NCBI GenBank assembly: GCA_017393285.1
Contig: JAFORL010000106.1
Location: 1-58,371 of the forward strand
Length of the DNA: 58,371 nucleotides
From: Lachnospiraceae bacterium
GTDB taxonomy: Bacteria > Bacillota > Clostridia > Lachnospirales > Lachnospiraceae
Direction: 5' to 3'
A program made the translations under genes and the position numbers. Below the pieces are notes generated by a model that worked only from the letters and a program-made list of their open reading frames with translations, searched no databases and was not told where the DNA came from. This document shows positions 49,103 to 58,267 of this stretch, piece by piece; the stretch's first letter is position 1; every line of letters starts with the position of its first letter.

Positions 49103-49948
49103 TTATTTTGCTAATGCTTTACCATCTCTTCTTCTTACGATTAACTTGTTAGATTTCTTGTTTTTCTTTCTTGTCTTCAAGCCAAGAGCTGGTTTACCCC
49201 ATGGAGTAACAGGGCCTGGACGACCGATACCAGTCTTACCTTCACCACCACCGTGTGGATGGTCATTAGGGTTCATAACAGAACCACGAACTGTAGGTCT
49301 AATACCCATGTGACGTTTACGTCCTGCTTTACCAATGTTAATCAAACCATGTTCAGCATTTCCAACTTGACCGATTGTAGCTCTACAAATAATTGGAACC
49401 ATTCTCATTTCACCTGAAGGCAAACGAAGTGTTGCATACTTTCCTTCTTTCGCCATCAACTGTGCGCTATTACCAGCAGAACGAACCAATTGTCCACCCT
49501 TACCTGGATATAACTCAATATTGTGTACTTCTGTACCAACTGGAATATCAGCTAATGGTAAGCAGTTACCAACACTGATTTCCGCATTTGAACCGTTCAT
49601 AACTGTTTGTCCAACTTTTAATCCGATAGGAGCAAGGATATATGCCTTTTCTCCATCTGCATAAGAAATCAAAGCGATGTTTGCTGTTCTGTTTGGATCG
49701 TATTCGATGCTCTTAACAACAGCTGGAACATTATCTTTCTTTCTCTTAAAGTCAATAATTCTATATTTTCTTCTAGATCCACCACCATGGTGTCTTACTG
49801 TAATCTTTCCTTGATTATTACGACCAGCGTTCTTCTTTAATGAAGTAGTCAATGACTTCTCTGGCTTATCTGTTGTAATCTCAGCGAAATCAGACATGGT
49901 CATATTTCTTCTGGAAGGTGTATATGGGTTAAACTTTTTAATTCCCAT
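49103..49948 (-). CDS. rplB: 50S ribosomal protein L2
   Basis: Start at [14 protein letters not shown] (RBS aaaggag). [16 protein letters not shown]. Confidence 0.95.
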   Translation of the reverse strand: MGIKKFNPYTPSRRNMTMSDFAEITTDKPEKSLTTSLKKNAGRNNQGKITVRHHGGGSRRKYRIIDFKRKKDNVPAVVKSIEYDPNRTANIALISYADGEKAYILAPIGLKVGQTVMNGSNAEISVGNCLPLADIPVGTEVHNIELYPGKGGQLVRSAGNSAQLMAKEGKYATLRLPSGEMRMVPIICRATIGQVGNAEHGLINIGKAGRKRHMGIRPTVRGSVMNPNDHPHGGGEGKTGIGRPGPVTPWGKPALGLKTRKKNKKSNKLIVRRRDGKALAK

Positions 49949-50068
49949 TTTTCGCACTCCTTTCGACTGTACACGCACGCACGCGTGTCATCTTCATTTT
50001 TATTCTTATCGGTTATAAAAAACCTTAGTTTCTATTCTCTTTCGAACTTATCCTTGCAATCCTTTAGA

Positions 50069-50368
50069 TTAAAGACCTTCGAAAATTTCAATATCAGCAC
50101 TATCATCTGCTAATTTAACGATTGCTTTCTTTGTCTTAGCTGTCTTTCCAACAACCATTCCACGTCTCTTTTTCTTTCCGTCCAAGTTCATAGTGTTAAC
50201 ACTTGCAACCTTTGTTCCTTCGAACAATTTTTCTACAGCTTCTTTGATCTGTGTCTTAGTAGCTTCTGTATGAACTAAGAAAGTATATTTCTTATCGCCC
50301 ATAGCAGCCATGCTCTTTTCAGTGATAACTGGTTTAAGGATCACATCATAATATCTTAAATCTGCCAT
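50069..50368 (-). CDS. rplW: 50S ribosomal protein L23
   Basis: 99 aa; its start overlaps the rplD stop. Confidence 0.95.
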   Translation of the reverse strand: MADLRYYDVILKPVITEKSMAAMGDKKYTFLVHTEATKTQIKEAVEKLFEGTKVASVNTMNLDGKKKRRGMVVGKTAKTKKAIVKLADDSADIEIFEGL

Positions 50369-50988
50369 TATGCGTATACCTCCTCAATCTTAGCTACAGC
50401 ATCCTTTGTAATAACTACTGTATCATATTTCAAAATATCGTAAACATTAATTGTGTTTGTTAAAGCTGTTCTTACTGTTGGGATGTTTCTTGCAGATAAT
50501 GTAACATTTGCATCCTTTTCAGCTGTAACGATTAATGCCTTTTCAACATTTAAATTCTTAAGCATTGTAACAACTTCTTTTGTCTTAGCTTTCTCCAATG
50601 TTAATTCATCTAATACGATAAACTTAGAATCATTTACTTTTGAAGTTAAAACAGACTTAATTGCTGCGTTCTTTTCTTTTCTATTCATTTTGAAAGAATA
50701 ATCTCTTGGCTTTGGAGCAAATACAACTCCACCACCTGTCCATTGTGGAGCTCTTGTAGAACCCTGTCTTGCATGACCAGTTCCCTTTTGTCTCCAAGGT
50801 TTCTTTCCGCCACCGCTAACTTCAGAGCGAGTCTTAGCACTCTGTGTTCCTTGACGTTTGTTAGCAAGTTGTTGTACAACTGCCATGTGAACCAAATGCT
50901 CATTTATTTCAACAGCAAATACATCATCGTTAAGTTCTAACTTACCAACTTCATTTCCTGCCATATTAAAAACAGATACGTTTGCCAT
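50368..50988 (-). CDS. rplD: 50S ribosomal protein L4
   Basis: 206 aa. GGGKKPWRQKGTGHARQGS. Confidence 0.95.
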   Translation of the reverse strand: MANVSVFNMAGNEVGKLELNDDVFAVEINEHLVHMAVVQQLANKRQGTQSAKTRSEVSGGGKKPWRQKGTGHARQGSTRAPQWTGGGVVFAPKPRDYSFKMNRKEKNAAIKSVLTSKVNDSKFIVLDELTLEKAKTKEVVTMLKNLNVEKALIVTAEKDANVTLSARNIPTVRTALTNTINVYDILKYDTVVITKDAVAKIEEVYA

Positions 50989-51013
50989 CTGTGTTAGCCT
51001 CCTTCCTTAAAGC

Positions 51014-51646
51014 TTAGTTTGCCTTTACAGCTTCTTTTAATACTACCATTGATTTCTTAGGTCCTGGAACAGCACCTTTAACTAAAATCACGTTGTTTTC
51101 TACGTCCACTCTAACAATTTCAAGATTTTGAATTGTTACTTGTACACTACCCATCTGTCCTGGCATTTGTTTTCCTTTAAATACCTTAGAAGGATCTGAA
51201 CATGCACCGTTTGAACCTGCATGTCTGTGGAACTTAGAACCATGACCCATAGGTCCTCTAGATTGTCCGTGTCTCTTAATGGCACCTTGGAAACCTTTAC
51301 CTTTTGAAGTAGCAGTTGCATCAATCTTATCTCCTGCTTCAAAAATATCAGCTTTGATTTCCTGACCTACTGTGTATTCCTCAGCATTGTCAAACTTAAA
51401 CTCTTTAAGAAATCTCTTGTTTTCAACACCTGCTTTTGCAAAGTGTCCCTTTTGTGGCTTATTCACTAACTTTTCTCTAATGTCACCAAAGCCAACTTGT
51501 ACTGCGCTGTATCCATCATTCTCTACAGTCTTAATTTGTGTTACTGCACATGGACCAGCTTGTAAAACTGTTACTGGAGTTAATACTCCGTCTTCGTTGA
51601 AGATTTGTGTCATTCCGACTTTTGTAGCCAAAATTGCTTTCTTCAT
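51014..51646 (-). CDS. rplC: 50S ribosomal protein L3
   Basis: 210 aa. [16 protein letters not shown]... Confidence 0.95.
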   Translation of the reverse strand: MKKAILATKVGMTQIFNEDGVLTPVTVLQAGPCAVTQIKTVENDGYSAVQVGFGDIREKLVNKPQKGHFAKAGVENKRFLKEFKFDNAEEYTVGQEIKADIFEAGDKIDATATSKGKGFQGAIKRHGQSRGPMGHGSKFHRHAGSNGACSDPSKVFKGKQMPGQMGSVQVTIQNLEIVRVDVENNVILVKGAVPGPKKSMVVLKEAVKAN

Positions 51647-51784
51647 AATTGCACCTCCTATTTAATCTACAGCGGAGCGTATCAAACGCTCATCCTAGAC
51701 GGCTTACTACCGAGTGCTTGGTATCCATAAACGCGTTATTCGTTGCTTGGACTCTATATATAAACCCTAAGGATTTTCCTAAAA

Positions 51785-52105
51785 TTATTTGTTTTTCATC
51801 TTGATATCAATGAAAACTCCAGCTGGCATCTCTAATCTTGTCAATGCATCAACTGTCTTTTGGCTTGGTGTAATGATATCAATTAATCTCTTGTGTGTTC
51901 TTTGTTCGAACTGTTCTCTGGAATCCTTATACTTATGAACCGCTCTAAGAATAGTTACAACTTCCTTCTTTGTTGGAAGAGGTACAGGACCACTCACCTT
52001 AGCTCCTGTCTTCTTTACAGTTTCGATAATTTTTCCAGCTGATTGATCTACTAATTGATGATCATACGCCTTCAATGTAACTCTCATTACTTGACTTGCT
52101 GCCAT
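51785..52105 (-). CDS. rpsJ: 30S ribosomal protein S10
   Basis: Start at [22 protein letters not shown]. The track ORF has a 27-codon spurious extension. Confidence 0.9.
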   Translation of the reverse strand: MAASQVMRVTLKAYDHQLVDQSAGKIIETVKKTGAKVSGPVPLPTKKEVVTILRAVHKYKDSREQFEQRTHKRLIDIITPSQKTVDALTRLEMPAGVFIDIKMKNK

Positions 52106-52349
52106 AAAAAAAGCCGCCTCCTTTTCGCACTTAATTGCAGTACGACAAGTGGTGACTGTACACTTACCCACGTGTATCCTTGACACATGAGCCCCGAAAC
52201 ATAATTATGCTTTCGCAATGTTCTATTGTACAGTGACTTGTCGCCAGTTTCTAAACTTGACATTCGCTCCACGGAAAACCTTTGCTATAAGCAAAGCAAC
52301 CTCACGCTTCACAGCTATCAATGTCACAACATATCAAATTATACACGAA

Positions 52350-52378
52350 GTTATAAATATGCGCAAGTATTTTTGCAA
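52350..52378 (-). promoter_or_regulatory. Candidate promoter of the S10 operon (leader of about 240 nt)
   Basis: Minus strand reads TTGCAA (52378-52373), 17 nt, TATAAC (52355-52350), preceded by an A/T-rich UP-like tract. Confidence 0.45.
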
Positions 52379-52500
52379 TTTTTTTCCTTATAAATTTGAT
52401 GTTTTTTTTCAGTAAAAACTAGAGTTAATTGTACACTATGCACAAGTACCCTATCTTTTTCCTAATGCAATTCATTTTTCAAGCAGTAAGCAGCAAGTGT

Positions 52501-52719
52501 TCGCATACAGATTGCTGCGAGCTTGGTAAAATTGATGCATCCTTACGCCCTGCATAGTGTACCGGGCTACCTAAACTATTGTGTCTAATTGTAACAGTTC
52601 ATTCCTCTGTCTGAACTGTTACCCCTAGCATCAAGCCATCGCATGCAGATTGCTGCGAGCTTGGTAAAATTGATGCATCCTTACGCCCTGCACGTCAAAG
52701 TGTACAGGACTACATAACT
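52501..52719. repeat. Two copies of a 60-80-bp segment spaced 138 bp apart, upstream of the S10 promoter
   Basis: tcgcat(a/g)cagattgctgcgagcttggtaaaattgatgcatccttacgccctgca at 52501 and 52639. The hairpin taacagttcattcctctgtctgaactgtta lies between them. Confidence 0.85.
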
Positions 52720-52759
52720 TGTGACATCCAGTTCCATATTTTATTTTGTATGAATTTTA

Positions 52760-52788
52760 TTGACGACACAAACTTATTAGCATACACT
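52760..52788 (+). promoter_or_regulatory. Candidate promoter of the YdjI-like gene
   Basis: TTGACG (52760-52765), 17 nt, TACACT (52783-52788). Confidence 0.4.
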
Positions 52789-52843
52789 TATATAGGAAGA
52801 AATGAGAATCAAAAGCACACACAAAGAAAGAGAGGATTTTAAA

Positions 52844-53836
52844 ATGGGATTATTTAGTGGACAATTTGCAAACGTTGTAGAATGGGAAGAATATAGAGAT
52901 GACATGATTTTCTGGAAATGGTGTAACAAAGAAATCAAAAAGGGAAGTAAACTCGTTATTCGCCCCGGGCAAGATGCCATATTTTTAAATAATGGAAAAA
53001 TAGAAGGTGTTTTCACTGACGATGGCGAATACGATATTGAAAGTGAGATTATTCCTTTCCTTTCCACATTAAAAGGATTTAAATTTGGATTTAACAGTGG
53101 CATGCGTGCGGAAGTCCTTTTCGTTAACACAAAAGAATTTCAGGTTAAATGGGGTACTAAAAACGCTATAAACATGCCTGCTGCTAATATGCCAGGTGGA
53201 CTTCCCATTCGCGCCAATGGAACCTTTAATTTCAAAGTCAATGATTATGTAACTTTGATTGAAAAAATTGCAGGTATCAAACAGCAGTATCTTATAGAAG
53301 ATGTAAAAGAACGAATCACTGCAATGTTAGACCAATTGCTTATGAAATGGATTTCTTCGCAAGGGAAAGATATGTTTAATCTTATGGCAAACTCCTTTGA
53401 TATTGGGAACGGAATCAGAACAGATTTAGATCAACAAGCCAACGGAAATGGACTTACCATTACTGAATTTACAATCATGAGCTTTAACTATCCTGAAAAT
53501 GTTCAAAATATGATTAACAAAAATGCAGAACAAAGCATGATTGCTGATATGAACAGATATCAACAAGTAGCGATGACGGATAGTTTAGCGAATAACCATG
53601 GATCAAGTACCGCATCTGACATGGCTGGAATGATGATGGGGATGCAGATGGCAAATCAAATGATGCAAAATACCAATCAAAATGTAGCAACTAACCAAAT
53701 AATGCAAAATACAAGTCAAAGCATTAATCCAAACCAGAATATGACAACAAGTGCAAAACCTAACTTTTGTCCAAACTGCGGTCAACCAACAGGCAATACA
53801 AACTTCTGCGGTAACTGCGGTCAAAAACTAGTGTAA
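52844..53836 (+). CDS. SPFH (stomatin/prohibitin) family protein with Q/N/M-rich linker and C-terminal zinc ribbon, YdjI/COG4260-like (330 aa)
   Basis: Start at MGLFSGQFANVVEWEEYRDDMIFWKW (RBS agagagga). C-terminus NFCPNCGQPTGNTNFCGNCGQKLV. Confidence 0.75.
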   Translation: MGLFSGQFANVVEWEEYRDDMIFWKWCNKEIKKGSKLVIRPGQDAIFLNNGKIEGVFTDDGEYDIESEIIPFLSTLKGFKFGFNSGMRAEVLFVNTKEFQVKWGTKNAINMPAANMPGGLPIRANGTFNFKVNDYVTLIEKIAGIKQQYLIEDVKERITAMLDQLLMKWISSQGKDMFNLMANSFDIGNGIRTDLDQQANGNGLTITEFTIMSFNYPENVQNMINKNAEQSMIADMNRYQQVAMTDSLANNHGSSTASDMAGMMMGMQMANQMMQNTNQNVATNQIMQNTSQSINPNQNMTTSAKPNFCPNCGQPTGNTNFCGNCGQKLV

Positions 53837-53949
53837 GATACTTTGAAAATATAAAAGGGAGCATCACATTAAAAATACTACACAAGATAAGGTTTTACAT
53901 CCCCAGCATCTTGTGATAGGTATTTTTAGTGCGATAATCCCTTTTTTCA

Positions 53950-54825
53950 TTATTTAGACCAACGTCCTGAAGAACCACATGGAAGCACAAGTCCACTAGA
54001 TGTAACTGGCAATCCAATTTCATCCGCTATTACCGAGCCTCCAAATCTTGAAACAATCTCCGTATTCATCATATAAGAAATAACTGCAGGTTGTAAACCG
54101 GTCGTATAGGAATTCACCAAGTAAAAAATTGGATTGTCCGAAAGCACCTGTGTACATAAAGAAATAAATGGATGAATTTTTTCTTCAATCTTCCATATTT
54201 CGCCCTTTGGACCTCTTCCATATGATGGTGGATCCATGATAATACCATCATATTTCTTACCACGTCTAATTTCTCTCTCTACAAATTTCACACAATCATC
54301 TACAATCCAACGAATTGGTGCTTCTTGTAATCCTGATGAAATAGCATTTTCTTTTGCCCAAGTTACCATTCCTTTCGATGCATCCACATGTGTTACATGC
54401 GCACCAGCCTTAGCCGCTGCAACTGTAGCACCACCCGTATAAGCAAAAAGGTTTAACACTTTTATCTCTCTATTTGAATTCTGTTTCTTCTTATCTTTAA
54501 TCAACTCACTAAACCAATCCCAATTTGTTGCCTGTTCAGGAAACAAACCTGTATGTTTAAAACTAAATGGTTGTAAATTAAAGGTAAGCTCTTTGTAATG
54601 AATCTGCCACTGTTGTGGTAAATCAATGAATTCCCATTCGCCACCACCTTTTTTGCTTCTATGGTAGTGCGCATTTTTATGTCTCCACCCTTTTTCTTTT
54701 TTAGGTGTATCCCAAATAACCTGAGGATCTGGACGTACTAACGTGTATTTTCCCCATCTTTCTAGTTTTTCTCCATTTGAACAATCCAATACTTCGTAAT
54801 CTTTCCATTGGTTTGCGATCCACAT
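53950..54825 (-). CDS. Class I SAM-dependent methyltransferase, RlmI/YwbD-like
   Basis: 291 aa. LNLFAYTGGATVAAAKAGA (motif I), DGIIMDPPSYGRG (DPPxY/F motif). Confidence 0.75.
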   Translation of the reverse strand: MWIANQWKDYEVLDCSNGEKLERWGKYTLVRPDPQVIWDTPKKEKGWRHKNAHYHRSKKGGGEWEFIDLPQQWQIHYKELTFNLQPFSFKHTGLFPEQATNWDWFSELIKDKKKQNSNREIKVLNLFAYTGGATVAAAKAGAHVTHVDASKGMVTWAKENAISSGLQEAPIRWIVDDCVKFVEREIRRGKKYDGIIMDPPSYGRGPKGEIWKIEEKIHPFISLCTQVLSDNPIFYLVNSYTTGLQPAVISYMMNTEIVSRFGGSVIADEIGLPVTSSGLVLPCGSSGRWSK

Positions 54826-54876
54826 ATCTAATCAACCTTTCTATTGTACACATAATCATGCAATTATTCTTATTCG

Positions 54877-54968
54877 CAACAGTTCAGCCACGACTAACCA
54901 TATTGGTAATATGCAACTAAAACAACTGTTCAGCCACGACTAACCATATTGGTAATATGCAACTAAAA
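54877..54968. repeat. Tandem duplication, 2 units of 46 bp
   Basis: caac(a/t)gttcagccacgactaaccatattggtaatatgcaactaaaa at 54877 and 54923. Confidence 0.9.
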
Positions 54969-55323
54969 AAACAATCAAAGAATATTATATAGTGAAACAC
55001 ATAAATGCGCAACCTATAGTTCTCAATCCATTTTTATATCTCAGAAACTATACACAACCAAACGTGTCGGATAAAGAATACGTGATGATAACTGCGAAGC
55101 TATGGTGTCCCTTTATTATTTTTCAAAAAAATTATAACCAGCCTTATAACACTACAATAAATAAAAGTGGGTTGACTTTGATAATAATATATCACCCCTT
55201 CAGAACCATGCACTTGCTGTATGGTTCGTACAGCTTTAAACCGCAATTTTTACGATTTATGTGCATATCCTGCAGTTTTTTAAAGTAAACCCACTTTCAA
55301 CCTATAATTTATTATAGATATAC

Positions 55324-56763
55324 TTATTTTGTGTCATTATCATCCACTGACAATTTAGCTTTAATTGTATCCATAAAATTAATTCCTGTCATAGCTTCTA
55401 TCGTTTCTGGTAATTGACTAACAATATCTGTTACGTATCCAGTTACTTTTTCTGCACCACCGCCATTATGATTATTACCATTGTCTACAATTACTATCTT
55501 TTCAGTTTTTGTTAACGGTTGTGCTACTGCATTTGCAATTTCAGGCAATTTTTCAATAATCATTTGTGCAACAGCAGCTTCGTTGTACAACTTATAGGCT
55601 TCTGCTTTCTTCTCCATTGTTTCAGCTTCTGCTTCACCCTTTGCTCTAATAGATGCAGCTTCCGCTTCACCCTTGATTCTAATTGCTTCCGCTTCTGCCT
55701 CTGCTTTAATCTTAATTGCTTGACTTGCAGCTTCTGCTTCCTGTAATTCAGCATATTTTTTCGCATCTGCCAACTTTTCTGCCTTATATTTATCTGCATC
55801 TGCAAGTTTTTGTGCCTTATATTGTTCTGCATCTGCCTGCTTATTTACTGTAGCTAACAATTCACGCTCACGACGAATTGCTTCCTGTGACTGAATTTCT
55901 GTTTCTTTTTCTTTCTTCGTAATTTCAACCAACATGGCAGTTTCAGTTACTTCTTTGGCTACTCGGTTTTTTTCAATCTCATACGCCAAATCGGCCTTCG
56001 CTTTCGCTGTTTCCTGTTCTTCACGGTAAGCCTGCACCTTTAACTCTTTCTCTTTATTAGCTGCAGCCACTTGAGTATCCGCTAAAATTTTTGCTTCCGC
56101 ACCCATTCTTTCTGATTCAGAAGTTTTTATCTGTGTTTCTTTTAAGGCTTCCGCTTCTGCGATGGCAGCGTTTTTCTTTACCTCTGCAATTCTAGGAATT
56201 CCAAGAGCCTCTAAATATCCATTTTTGTCTGAAATATCACGAATAGTAAAAGCCTTTAACTCTAACCCCATTCCTGCCAATGCAACAGCAGCAACTTCTT
56301 GTACTTGCGAAGCAAACTTCTCTCTATCTTTATAAATCTCCTCAACTGTCATTTTAGAAATGATTTCTCGAAGTTTTCCCTCTAAAACATCTTTACTGGT
56401 ATCTTTAATAATTTCAATGGTTTGTCCTTCTTTTCCAGTATTAAACTGTTCTGTTGCACTTAAAATACTTTCTTTATCACTTTTTACTTTAATTACAGCA
56501 ACACCATCTGCACGAATATCTACACCTTGCTCTGTTCTTGCTCCATCTGTACGAACTTCTATTTTCATATTTTCTAATGAAATTTTATCTGCTCGTTCCA
56601 AAAGTGGTACAACAAATCCACCTCCACCAGAAATTACTCTTTTTTTCAAACCAGTAATTACAAGTGCTTTATCCTGTGGTACTCTTTTCCACATAGCAGA
56701 AACCATAACCACCATTAATACAATAACTAAAATAATTACACTAGCAATTTCGATTGCTCCCAT
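55324..56763 (-). CDS. floT: Flotillin-like SPFH protein (479 aa)
   Basis: N-terminal membrane hairpin, Band-7 domain, long EA-repeat coiled coil (KIKAEAEAEAIRIKGEAEAASIRAKGEAEAE). NfeD gene lies upstream, as in yuaF-floT. Confidence 0.8.
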   Translation of the reverse strand: MGAIEIASVIILVIVLMVVMVSAMWKRVPQDKALVITGLKKRVISGGGGFVVPLLERADKISLENMKIEVRTDGARTEQGVDIRADGVAVIKVKSDKESILSATEQFNTGKEGQTIEIIKDTSKDVLEGKLREIISKMTVEEIYKDREKFASQVQEVAAVALAGMGLELKAFTIRDISDKNGYLEALGIPRIAEVKKNAAIAEAEALKETQIKTSESERMGAEAKILADTQVAAANKEKELKVQAYREEQETAKAKADLAYEIEKNRVAKEVTETAMLVEITKKEKETEIQSQEAIRRERELLATVNKQADAEQYKAQKLADADKYKAEKLADAKKYAELQEAEAASQAIKIKAEAEAEAIRIKGEAEAASIRAKGEAEAETMEKKAEAYKLYNEAAVAQMIIEKLPEIANAVAQPLTKTEKIVIVDNGNNHNGGGAEKVTGYVTDIVSQLPETIEAMTGINFMDTIKAKLSVDDNDTK

Positions 56764-57009
56764 ATCTATTCATCCTTTTTATATGTAATGTTCTCTCATT
56801 ATAGTATTTACTACACACACTTCTTCACTGCAATCTCTCAATCAAATACCAATTGTACAGTTTAATGATCTACACAATCATTTTATCTCCGTCTTAAAAT
56901 ACTCCTTCCTCTAAACAAAGCGTAATAACAAACCTGTCTCTGTTTGCGTTACAATCTCCGACTGACTTCAACACGAGCTGAGGATACGCAGAATAATCAC
57001 ACCTTTCAT

Positions 57010-57570
57010 TTACGATTTTGTCTCTTTTAACAATTTACACTTCTCCAATGTAACATAAAATACATAATCCTGTACGAAATAAATATTAACCTCTACATTC
57101 TTTTCAATTCGAATTCCATCATAACTTTTTGCTGGTGCTTTAAAACTATTTCCATTTACCACATAAGAAATTTCTCCATACCCATTTTCAGGAATGGTTT
57201 CCACAACCTTCGCTCTTATTCCGATCAAATCCTTTTGGTCCGGCGCACTTGTATTTTGTGCTTTTCTAAGCGAAACTATAATAAGGTTATAAAATGTTAG
57301 TGAAATCAGAATTGCAATTCCAAAAGCGAATGCAAGAATCCACACTATTTTCCAATTTGTTAACTGTAACAAAATCAATCCAGTTCCTCCAAATACTGTA
57401 GAAAACAACATATACACAATAGGACTTGTTGGCACACCTATGGTAAAGTCAAACAAATCTACACCATCTTCATCTATTAGGTCCAAGAAATGTCCAAATA
57501 TCATTGTAATTAATGTTAGTCCTACTCCTACAAAGAAACATACAGAGAAAATAGTTTCCATATTGTTCAT
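57010..57570 (-). CDS. NfeD-family membrane protein (partner of flotillin)
   Basis: 186 aa. Three or four TM segments followed by a C-terminal OB-fold-like soluble domain (GIRAKVVETIPENGYGEISYVVNGNSFKAPAKS). Confidence 0.75.
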   Translation of the reverse strand: MNNMETIFSVCFFVGVGLTLITMIFGHFLDLIDEDGVDLFDFTIGVPTSPIVYMLFSTVFGGTGLILLQLTNWKIVWILAFAFGIAILISLTFYNLIIVSLRKAQNTSAPDQKDLIGIRAKVVETIPENGYGEISYVVNGNSFKAPAKSYDGIRIEKNVEVNIYFVQDYVFYVTLEKCKLLKETKS

Positions 57571-57792
57571 CTCCTTCCTAGGATTTTTGCTTTTTTATAT
57601 CCTAACATATTTTTCTAAATATTTCATTAATAAGTAATTAAAAAAGAGAAGCATATCACCAAGGTGATATTGCCTTGTAAATCACATCTTTTCCTTGATC
57701 TGCAATACTAATAGGTCGAGGTCTTGACCAAGAATGGATGGAAACATCTTCACAAAACATTTTGTAGATTAATAGGACAACGCAATATAGAA

Positions 57793-57925
57793 CAAAGAGT
57801 TTTGCTTGCAAAACTCTAGCGCGACCGCGGTATTGCGCAGCAATTAACTCCATCTCCGCGGTCTGTGCATCCTCGCGGAGCGTTTTTTTTACTTTATAGG
57901 AATTGCATCGCAATTTCCTATAAAG
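57793..57925 (+). repeat. Dispersed structured element, copy 3 (core plus 15-bp-arm hairpin)
   Basis: Core at 57793-57890, identical to copy 1 except C to T in ccgcggtctgTgc. Followed by ctttataggaattgc atc gcaatttcctataaag (57892-57925). Confidence 0.85.
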
Positions 57926-57958
57926 AAAAAAAGCGTTTATAACAATGTTATAAACGCT
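57926..57958 (-). terminator. Intrinsic terminator of the rRNA-tRNA operon
   Basis: Minus strand: agcgtttataac att gttataaacgct (12-bp stem) followed by ttttttt. Confidence 0.75.
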
Positions 57959-57962
57959 CTAG

Positions 57963-58033
57963 AGGCGACAACCAGATTCGAACTGGTGCTCAGGGTGTTG
58001 CAGACCCATGCCTTACCGCTTGGCTATGTCGCC
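57963..58033 (-). tRNA. tRNA-Cys (GCA)
   Basis: Hand-folded cloverleaf: acceptor GGCGACA/TGTCGCC, anticodon stem TGGGT/ACCCT with loop CTGCAAC, T-arm ACCAG-TTCGAAT-CTGGT. No CCA is encoded. Confidence 0.9.
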
Positions 58034-58037
58034 ACAA

Positions 58038-58109
58038 TGACTCCTACGGGAATCGAACCCGTGTTACCGCCGTGAAAGGGCGATGTCTTAACCGCTTGAC
58101 CAAGGAGCC
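58038..58109 (-). tRNA. tRNA-Glu (TTC)
   Basis: Acceptor GGCTCCT/AGGAGTC (one G-U pair), anticodon loop CTTTCAC, T-arm ACGGG-TTCGATT-CCCGT. Confidence 0.9.
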
Positions 58110-58147
58110 ATCTATTTAATTATAACAGAAAAATTTCTTTTCTGCAA

Positions 58148-58220
58148 CTCCCCGAGTTGGGCTCGAACCAACGACATCATGATTAACAGTCATGCGCTCT
58201 ACCGACTGAGCTATCGAGGA
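58148..58220 (-). tRNA. tRNA-Asn (GTT)
   Basis: Acceptor TCCTCGA/TCGGGGA, D-arm GCTC-AGTCGGTA-GAGC, anticodon stem CATGA/TCATG with loop CTGTTAA, T-arm GTTGG-TTCGAGC-CCAAC. Confidence 0.9.
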
Positions 58221-58267
58221 ATATTGAAGGTATACCTTCAAAACTACACATTGTTCCATCCATTTTT

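Noticed and set aside
37703-52186. N-terminal extensions of many r-protein ORFs in the track (rpsM, rpsH, rplN, rplB, rpsJ, rpsQ, rpmC, rplX, rplO, adk, infA)
   Set aside because: In each case an internal ATG or GTG is preceded by a good Shine-Dalgarno sequence at 6-9 nt and reproduces the conserved N-terminus. The extensions run into upstream genes or spacers.
54992-55288. 98-aa plus-strand ORF downstream of the flotillin gene
   Set aside because: No RBS, unusual composition, and it lies over the structured/duplicated non-coding region.
58221-58267. 5S rRNA between the 23S rRNA and tRNA-Asn
   Set aside because: Only 47 nt are available, and the sequence shows no 5S-like helices.
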